A DNA stretch of 46,809 bases from an uncultured Candidatus Saccharibacteria bacterium (lineage in GTDB: Bacteria; Patescibacteriota; Minisyncoccia; UBA6257; GWB1-50-10): the NCBI GenBank assembly GCA_964366055.1, contig CAYISE010000003.1, positions 1-46,809 of the forward strand, given 5' to 3'. Position 1 is the stretch's first letter. Each line of letters opens with the position of its first letter. The notes below the pieces were generated by a model. The model worked only from the letters and a program-made list of their open reading frames with translations. It was not told the origin of the DNA and ran no database searches. Positions 1-5,886 of the stretch are shown piece after piece. A program made the position numbers and the translations under genes.

Positions 1-171
1 TTTACCTCTGAAAAGGGTTTTTGGCTTGGTCCGCCGCTTGAGCGGCGGCAAAAACTCTTTTCAGCAGCGAGCTCTGCCACTGGAAGCAGAGCGAAGCGGG
101 GTTAAAATTTTCTGTTTCGCAATTCAAAGTCAGAAAAACATAAAAAACCCGGAAAACTCGGAAAAGCTGAT

Positions 172-212
172 AAACCCGATAAACCTGAAAATGTTGAAAA
201 ACCCGATAAACC
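172..212. repeat. Two direct copies of AAACCCGATAAACC (172-185 and 199-212), 27 bp apart, with a degenerate third copy AAAACCCGGAAAAC at 144-157
   Basis: Read directly from the sequence. Lies in an A-rich non-coding stretch at the window edge. Confidence 0.6.
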
Positions 213-309
213 CGGTAATGCGATGAATCCTACATTCCTTGACAAAAAAGTGTGAAACATGTGAAACACTATCTTTTTTAGACAACCGGGTAGTGCGATG
301 AATCCTACA
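212..309. repeat. Direct repeat pair CCGGTAATGCGATGAATCCTACA (212-234) and CCGGGTAGTGCGATGAATCCTACA (286-309), each followed by GTGAAACA-type motifs
   Basis: Read directly. There are two copies about 74 bp apart in a non-coding region upstream of yraN. Confidence 0.6.
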
Positions 310-330
310 CTTTCACTTTTTTAGTGTAAA

Positions 331-360
331 AAATGTTTCGTGTGAAACATTTTTATTTTG
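331..360 (+). terminator. AT-rich hairpin AAATGTTTC-GTGT-GAAACATTT followed by TTATTTTG (intrinsic-terminator-like)
   Basis: 9-bp stem, 4-nt loop and a T-rich tail on the + strand, just upstream of the yraN -10 box (TATAAT 373-378). Confidence 0.4.
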
Positions 361-388
361 TTAATTTGGGGGTATAATTTGTATAAAT

Positions 389-760
389 ATGACCCAAAAG
401 TATAAATTAGGGCAGGAGGGAGAGAATTTTGCGACTGAATATATGAAGGAGAATGATTATAGGATTCTTGAGAGGAATAAACGTGAGAAGTGGGGCGAGC
501 TGGATATTGTGGCTATGGCGCCAGACAAAACACTGGTTTTTGTGGAGGTAAAAACGATGGAAGCCGGCGGCGAGAATTTTTTGAGGCCGGAAGACCAGAT
601 GTCGGGGGCAAAAATCAGGAAATTCAAGCGGGCGGCCTCACTCTACGCGGGGATACATCAGGAGCTGGTCAATGATAAAAAAGGATGGCGGCTGGACTTA
701 ATCGCGCTTGAAAAAAATAATGACGGATCATTCCTGACCCGCCACTACGAAAATATATAA
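389..760 (+). CDS. yraN: YraN family (UPF0102) endonuclease-like protein
   Basis: 123 aa. The GELDIVA...LVFVEVKT core and the C-terminal R(L)DLIAL motif are typical of the YraN/UPF0102 restriction-endonuclease-like fold. Confidence 0.8.
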   Translation: MTQKYKLGQEGENFATEYMKENDYRILERNKREKWGELDIVAMAPDKTLVFVEVKTMEAGGENFLRPEDQMSGAKIRKFKRAASLYAGIHQELVNDKKGWRLDLIALEKNNDGSFLTRHYENI

Positions 761-768
761 CATCTGAA

Positions 769-792
769 GGTGGTATAATTAATTATACCACC
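769..792. repeat. Perfect 24-bp palindrome GGTGGTATAATTAATTATACCACC (copy 1 of 2)
   Basis: Self-complementary on reading. Sits between convergent yraN and the TrpR-like gene. Contains TGGTATAAT (extended -10-like) on both strands. Confidence 0.9.
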
Positions 793-815
793 CAGTGATT
801 ATATTCCGATTAAGA

Positions 816-1199
816 TTAAGTCCGACGGAGCCGACGCACATGTTCCGCCGGCGACATCAGAAACGGTATCTCGTTTCCACTTCTCCGTTTCCGCATTTTA
901 TCGTGACCATATTTTCGATGGACCCGCGGAGTTCTTTTTAGATTGTGTTTCACGAAGCTGATAGTGACCCTGGTTACATCCAATGCCTCGCCGATTTTCC
1001 GGTAACTGAAACCCCGTTCCAAAAGAAGCGATATCAGAAGGCGTTTCTCAATAAGAATTATCTCTGATGGGGTAAGGAACCTTTCCATGTTGGCGAGAAA
1101 AACCGTTTCGGATCCCGATTTTCCGATTGTTTTCCAAAAGGGTCTCCAGGCCGCTTCGCGCAACTCTTGAGCGATATGTTTCTTATTAACGCGTGTCAT
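816..1199 (-). CDS. TrpR/YerC-YecD-like helix-turn-helix protein (paralogue A)
   Basis: 127 aa. The EIILIEKRLLISLLLERGFSYRKIGEALDVTRVTISFVKHNL region resembles the Trp-repressor-like HTH family. Clearly paralogous to ORF 16727-17104. Confidence 0.7.
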   Translation of the reverse strand: MTRVNKKHIAQELREAAWRPFWKTIGKSGSETVFLANMERFLTPSEIILIEKRLLISLLLERGFSYRKIGEALDVTRVTISFVKHNLKRTPRVHRKYGHDKMRKRRSGNEIPFLMSPAEHVRRLRRT

Positions 1200-1205
1200 A
1201 AGGGG

Positions 1206-1214
1206 ATTATATCA
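1206..1214 (-). promoter_or_regulatory. Extended -10 box TGATATAAT located 6 nt upstream of the ATG at 1199 (leaderless-type arrangement)
   Basis: The reverse complement of 1206-1214 is TGATATAAT. The 6-nt gap is CCCCTT, then ATG. No Shine-Dalgarno is possible. Confidence 0.5.
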
Positions 1215-1215
1215 T

Positions 1216-1238
1216 GGTGGTATAATTAATTATACCAC
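1216..1238. repeat. Palindrome GGTGGTATAATTAATTATACCAC (copy 2 of 2, 23 of 24 nt identical to 769-792)
   Basis: Read directly. Sits between the divergent TrpR-like gene and nusA. Confidence 0.9.
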
Positions 1239-1354
1239 TCGCCAGTTTCGGTTTAATCAATGCTTGCTTTTTGTCGGGTCTTTGTTGTATACTAACCAAG
1301 TAAATGCCGCTCCTTGAGAGCGGCTGTATTACAAAAATTAAAAGAATCAACGGG

Positions 1355-2557
1355 ATGGACTTAAAAACATTAGCGAGCGCGGTGGAGCAGATTGCCGCCG
1401 AAAAAGGAATTTCCGCCGAAAAAGTATTGGACGCGATTGAGGCCTCCATCGCCGCCGCCTACAAAAAAGAATATCGCAAACGCTCGGAGATTATCCGCGC
1501 AAAGTTTGATTTGAAAACGGGGGATATCCGGTTCTTCCAAGTGAAAATCGCGGTGGACCCGTCCCAAGTCAGAATTGTGAACGAAGCTGAAGTGGAAGAA
1601 CTGGCGCTGGCATCGGAGGAAAAAGACGAACTGCCGCGCTACAATCCCGACCGCCACATTTTCTTGGATGAGGCGCGGAAGATAAAGCCGGAGGCGCAGC
1701 CGGATGAAGAAATTGAATTCGCGTTGGAGACGCAGGCCGACTTCGGCCGCATCGCGGCCCAAACCGCGAAGCAGGTGATTTTGCAGAATATCCGCGAAGC
1801 GGAGCGCTCCTCCATTAAAGACGAGTTCGCCGACAAAGAGGGGATGATTTTGAGCGGCGTGGTCCAGCGTTTTGACCGCGGCAATGTGTTTGTAAATTTA
1901 GGCCGGGCGGTCGGCATTATGTATCCCAACGAAAGCATCCCGGGCGAACGCTATCGCATCGGCGACCGGATGCGCTTCTACATTCTGGCCGTTCAGGACG
2001 ACGCCCGCCGGCCGGGCATCGTGCTTTCCCGCTCGCACCCGAATTTCGTGGCTAAACTTTTTGAACTGGAGGTGCCGGAAATTGCCGATGGCACGGTGGA
2101 AATCAAAGAAATCGCCCGCGAAGCCGGAAACCGCACGAAAATCGCGGTCGCTTCCAAAGAAGACGGCGTGGACCCGGTGGGTTCGGCGGTCGGCCAGCGC
2201 GGCACGCGCGTGATGGCGGTGACGAACGAATTAGGGAACGAAAAGATTGACATTATTGAATGGTCCGAAGACCCGTCTAAATTCATAGGCAATGCCATTT
2301 CGCCGGCTAAGGCGAAATTGGTGGAGATTCTGGAACGGCGCGAGGCGCGGGTGCTTGTTTCCGAAGACCAGTTGAGTTTGGCCATCGGCAAAGGCGGCCA
2401 GAACGTCCGCCTGGCGGCGAAATTGACCGGATGGAAGATTGACGTGCGCTCGCAGTCCAATCCGGAGGCGGTGCAGGAGGGCGGCGTGGCGGCGGCGGAA
2501 GAAGATGGAGAGGGTTTAAATCCGGAAGAAAAATCAGAAGAAAAATCAGAGGATTAA
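1355..2557 (+). CDS. nusA: Transcription termination/antitermination factor NusA
   Basis: The N-terminal domain begins MDLKTLASAVEQIAAEKGIS and is followed by S1 and two KH regions (GQRGTRV..., AIGKGGQNVRLA). The ATG at 1355 is preferred over the longer track ORF from 1304. Confidence 0.93.
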   Translation: MDLKTLASAVEQIAAEKGISAEKVLDAIEASIAAAYKKEYRKRSEIIRAKFDLKTGDIRFFQVKIAVDPSQVRIVNEAEVEELALASEEKDELPRYNPDRHIFLDEARKIKPEAQPDEEIEFALETQADFGRIAAQTAKQVILQNIREAERSSIKDEFADKEGMILSGVVQRFDRGNVFVNLGRAVGIMYPNESIPGERYRIGDRMRFYILAVQDDARRPGIVLSRSHPNFVAKLFELEVPEIADGTVEIKEIAREAGNRTKIAVASKEDGVDPVGSAVGQRGTRVMAVTNELGNEKIDIIEWSEDPSKFIGNAISPAKAKLVEILERREARVLVSEDQLSLAIGKGGQNVRLAAKLTGWKIDVRSQSNPEAVQEGGVAAAEEDGEGLNPEEKSEEKSED

Positions 2558-2607
2558 GAGTTAGGGACACGAGAAATTTCTTCTCTCGCTCGCAAAACCT
2601 CCACGCG

Positions 2608-2700
2608 GAGACCTAACGCACCGGGAAAAAGTGTGCGCTCCGGGCCGCTAGGCCAATTCTTACCCGCTTTTTCCCAGTGCGCCAGGTCTCTCTGATTTTT
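2608..2700 (+). terminator. Long imperfect hairpin (24-nt arms 2608-2631 / 2667-2690, 21 of 24 paired) followed by TCTGATTTTT
   Basis: The arms are GAGACCTAACGCACCGGGAAAAAG and CTTTTTCCCAGTGCGCCAGGTCTC. The 35-nt apical region contains a GGCC-GCTA-GGCC mini-hairpin. Lies downstream of nusA. Confidence 0.4.
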
Positions 2701-2833
2701 ACTAGTTCAAGGAGAGATATCTCATTGGTGTTTTTGGAATTAAAAACGAGAGTTACTTCAGGAAACACAGGCGGAAATTATTTTATTTCCAAAAATTTGA
2801 GAGAAAACTGGTTTACATCCATAATTGAGGTTG

Positions 2834-4270
2834 ATGGAAAATAATTTCAAAAACAAAAAAGTTCTGGTGATGGGTCTGGGTCTTTTGGGCGGGGGGATTG
2901 CGACGACGAAGTGGCTCGTGAAGCGCGGCGCGAAGGTGCTCGTGACCGATTTGCGTTCCCGCGAACAACTTAAAGATTCAATCAAGCAATTGGGAGTCGC
3001 CGCGAAGAAGGTGAGGTTTGTTTTGGGCGAACATCGCGAGGCCGACTTCAAAAATAATGACATTATCATGGTGAATCCCGCCGTGCCGCGCGAGAGCAAA
3101 TTCTTGGCCATCGCGAAAAAACGCAAAAAATTATTGGTGAACGACGCGCGGATTTTCTTTGACAGCATTCCCAATCCCGTGGTGGCGGTGACGGGGACGC
3201 GCGGAAAAACCACCACCGTGAATTGGATCGCGCATTTTTTGAAACCGAAATACTCGCGGGCAATCGCGGCCGGAAACTCCTCGGCGGTGGCTCTTTTGGC
3301 CCTGGCGGACAACTTAAAAGGCAAGGAGAATCCGGCGGTGATTGAACTTTCATCGTGGCAACTGGAACTCTTGCCCGGCAGTCGCCGCGCGCCGGAGGTG
3401 GCCGTTATCACGAATATCTATCCCGACCATCTGAATCGCTATAAATCTTTAGGGGATTACGCGCTCGCGAAGGCGAATATTTTTAAAGGACAGAATAAGA
3501 ATCAGAAATTAATTTTGAACGCGGATAATCCTTGGGCTGATTTTTTTCTGAAACAGCGTCCGCGAGCCCATATTTTCTTCTTCTCAAAAAAGCCGCTGTC
3601 TAAAAATCGGAATGGAGTATTTATAAAAAACCGCTCCGTTTATTTCAAAAACGGAAGGTGGACGGAAAAAGTTATCTCCGAAAAAATACCGGGAGAATTT
3701 TCATCCCGCGGCGAGCATAATCTGGAAAATCTCCTGGTCTCGCTTCTCGCCAGCCACTTGATGGGTATGGAGTGGGCGGCGCTCGCGAAAAATATAAAGA
3801 CCCTGCCGGATATCTTGTATCGCGAGCAGATTATTTTAAAAAAGAAAAACCTGACGGTGGTGAATGATTCCACGGCGACCTCGCCGGACGCGGTTATCGC
3901 GGCGGTGAAACGTTTCGCGCCGCAGGGGGACACCATCTTAATCACGGGCGGGACGGACAAAAATCTGCCGTTTAACGCGTGGGCGAGGGCGATAAAACAA
4001 CATTTAAAACCAAACCAGATTTATTTTCTGAACGGTAGCGCCACCAAGAAAATGATTGCCGCGCTCGGAAAAGTCGGATGTTTTAAGAAAGAACCGCCAT
4101 GGATTTTTGAGGACCTGGCGGGAATTTTGCTTTTTGTAAAAGCGGGCATTAATTCCAAAAAAGACACGATTGTTGTCTTCTCGCCCGGCGCGGCCAGTTT
4201 TGAGAAGTTCAAGAACGAATTTGACCGCGGCGAAAAATTTTCAAAGTATGCGAGGGAAATTTTCGGTTGA
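2834..4270 (+). CDS. murD: UDP-N-acetylmuramoylalanine--D-glutamate ligase MurD
   Basis: N-terminal Rossmann motif VLVMGLGLLGGG, the Mur ligase P-loop AVTGTRGKTTT, and C-terminal Mur ligase features. The ATG at 2834 is preferred; the track ORF starts at TTG 2825. Confidence 0.9.
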   Translation: MENNFKNKKVLVMGLGLLGGGIATTKWLVKRGAKVLVTDLRSREQLKDSIKQLGVAAKKVRFVLGEHREADFKNNDIIMVNPAVPRESKFLAIAKKRKKLLVNDARIFFDSIPNPVVAVTGTRGKTTTVNWIAHFLKPKYSRAIAAGNSSAVALLALADNLKGKENPAVIELSSWQLELLPGSRRAPEVAVITNIYPDHLNRYKSLGDYALAKANIFKGQNKNQKLILNADNPWADFFLKQRPRAHIFFFSKKPLSKNRNGVFIKNRSVYFKNGRWTEKVISEKIPGEFSSRGEHNLENLLVSLLASHLMGMEWAALAKNIKTLPDILYREQIILKKKNLTVVNDSTATSPDAVIAAVKRFAPQGDTILITGGTDKNLPFNAWARAIKQHLKPNQIYFLNGSATKKMIAALGKVGCFKKEPPWIFEDLAGILLFVKAGINSKKDTIVVFSPGAASFEKFKNEFDRGEKFSKYAREIFG

Positions 4271-4332
4271 CCAGGTAGTGAAAACTCGATTGCGGCTTAT
4301 CGCCGACAGGCGATCGAGTTTCTACTACCTGG
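4271..4332. other. 62-nt compound hairpin immediately after the murD stop
   Basis: The 18-bp outer stem pairs CCAGGTAGTGAAAACTCG with CGAGTTTCTACTACCTGG (2 mismatches). There is a 10-nt bulge and an inner stem ATCGCC-GACA-GGCGAT. No T-tract on either strand. Confidence 0.6.
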
Positions 4333-4410
4333 TTGACTTCGTTTGAGTTTGAGAATATATTTCACCTGAATAAACTGTTCGTTTACATTCAATAATATAA
4401 AGGGAGTTCT

Positions 4411-4710
4411 ATGCCAACCATGCGAGAATTTCAAAAGAAATTGTCCGATTTAAATGTCCACGAACTCGGAGAAGAAATATATTTGAAGAGTTTGTGCGAG
4501 TTGGGATTGGAATTTTATGTAAACCGCCCCAGCGAGCTTGGGGAGGCCTTTCACCTTAGGGGTTCTATCAATGGAAGGATCGCAGAAGTTCTCGGCGTTG
4601 CCGATACTGAATTCATATCGGAGAACATGCGCGATATCCTTGACGCCCTCAATGAAGGGCGCAGCGTAGAAACCATTTCTCGGATGTTCACCGGCGCGCC
4701 GGTCTACTAG
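4411..4710 (+). CDS. Hypothetical small protein (99 aa)
   Basis: Clean ORF preceded by AAGGGAG 6 nt upstream of the ATG. No family recognised. Confidence 0.5.
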   Translation: MPTMREFQKKLSDLNVHELGEEIYLKSLCELGLEFYVNRPSELGEAFHLRGSINGRIAEVLGVADTEFISENMRDILDALNEGRSVETISRMFTGAPVY

Positions 4711-4715
4711 GAGAA

Positions 4716-5174
4716 TTATTCATCCGCTTTCACCTTCAGTTTTTTGGATTTGTTCCGATTCATCTTCGGCATTCTGATATTCAGGATGCCGTTTTTTAAT
4801 GTCGCCGTGGAATTTTCCGGGTCCACCTCCTGCGGCAGAATAATGGAACGGGAAAAAGTCCCCCAAAATAACTCCTGGTAAAAATAATCCTTTTCTTTCA
4901 CCTCCTCTTTCCGTTCGCGCTCGCCCCGGATGGTCACTGATTCGTTTGTGATGTTTATCTCCAAATTCTCGTCCTTCACGCCCGCCACCGTAGATTGGAT
5001 GATTATGTAATCACCGTCCTGAAAAACGTCCACCGTGAGCGTGCCCTCGCCCTCCTCCCAATCCTTGGTTTTTCCCGAGGAGACATTCAAAAGGGGCGCC
5101 GGCTCGGTTTTTAATTTGGCCAATTCCACGAATATGTCCCGTTTCGGTTCCCCATTTTTATTTTCCCCGAACAT
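4716..5174 (-). CDS. Hsp20/alpha-crystallin family small heat-shock protein
   Basis: Alpha-crystallin domain signature: VDVFQDGDYIIIQSTVAGVK...LEINITNESVTIRGER...FSRSIILPQEVD...ATLKNGILNIRMPK. Confidence 0.9.
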   Translation of the reverse strand: MFGENKNGEPKRDIFVELAKLKTEPAPLLNVSSGKTKDWEEGEGTLTVDVFQDGDYIIIQSTVAGVKDENLEINITNESVTIRGERERKEEVKEKDYFYQELFWGTFSRSIILPQEVDPENSTATLKNGILNIRMPKMNRNKSKKLKVKADE

Positions 5175-5180
5175 ACTTTT

Positions 5181-5189
5181 ATTATATCA
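5181..5189 (-). promoter_or_regulatory. Extended -10 box TGATATAAT 6 nt upstream of the hsp20 ATG (leaderless-type arrangement)
   Basis: The reverse complement of 5181-5189 is TGATATAAT. The gap is AAAAGT, then ATG at 5174. This is the same 9-mer and spacing as at 1206-1214. Confidence 0.5.
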
Positions 5190-5193
5190 CGGA

Positions 5194-5886
5194 CTAGGAG
5201 ATTGATTTTAGTTTGGAGAAATCCTTGAAGATGAAAAAAGCGATGAAGACGAGGAAGATTGACGGATAAAGCAAACTCGCGTCCCCAAATTCGTAGATGA
5301 GATAATTGAAGGCGAAATGAATTACGGAAGCGATTGCGAGACCCAGAAAAATCCGGGATTTTAATTTGTTGATTCTCCGTCCGATAGCCCAGTAATATCC
5401 CGTGAAGGCGGAGGCCAATCCGTGGAGCAGGGTGGCGCCGATGAATCGGAAACCCAGCGTGCTCACAGTCGCGAGGATATTATTCATGCTTAAAAAATCC
5501 ATTTTGTCGCCCATAATAAAAATGTTTTCAATGGTAGCGAAACCCATGGCGGCGACAATGGCGTAAATCATCGCGTCCACCGGCTCGTCAAAGGCCGGCT
5601 CTTTGTTTACGCTCCAGTAGGCCGAGAAGAATTTAAAAACCTCCTCAATGAGCGCGAGACCGAGAATCAAAAGAAGAAAAGCGTGCAGGGGCCCGGCGAC
5701 GAATTTCTGGAAAATGAGCTGGAGGGCCAGTACCGGAACGCTCGCGAGCGCCCCGGCGCAGAAGGTGTAAATAATCAATTTTTTCGGTTCGGGATGAAGG
5801 TCCTCTTTGAGAAAGAAAATAAGCCAGAGAATGGAAGGCAGAAAGGCCAGAACCAAAACTAAAAGAAAATTTAAAGCGGCTACCAT
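5194..5886 (-). CDS. PrsW-family intramembrane protease-like protein
   Basis: Polytopic membrane protein with LIEEVFKF (EExxK), GFATIEN and LLHGLASAF motifs, characteristic of PrsW-type proteases. Confidence 0.7.
   Translation of the reverse strand: MVAALNFLLVLVLAFLPSILWLIFFLKEDLHPEPKKLIIYTFCAGALASVPVLALQLIFQKFVAGPLHAFLLLILGLALIEEVFKFFSAYWSVNKEPAFDEPVDAMIYAIVAAMGFATIENIFIMGDKMDFLSMNNILATVSTLGFRFIGATLLHGLASAFTGYYWAIGRRINKLKSRIFLGLAIASVIHFAFNYLIYEFGDASLLYPSIFLVFIAFFIFKDFSKLKSIS

Noticed and set aside
26-226. 66-aa ORF
   Set aside because: It is a low-complexity K/N/P-rich translation of an A-rich repeat region (AAACCCGATAAACC repeats). It has no start context and no family resemblance.
211-309. 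Possible CRISPR array
   Set aside because: There are only two imperfect 23-24-nt repeats, no regular repeat-spacer periodicity beyond one unit, and no cas genes in the window.
1304-1354. N-terminal 17-codon extension of nusA
   Set aside because: NusA homology begins at MDLKTLASAVEQ (ATG 1355). The extension has no counterpart in the family.
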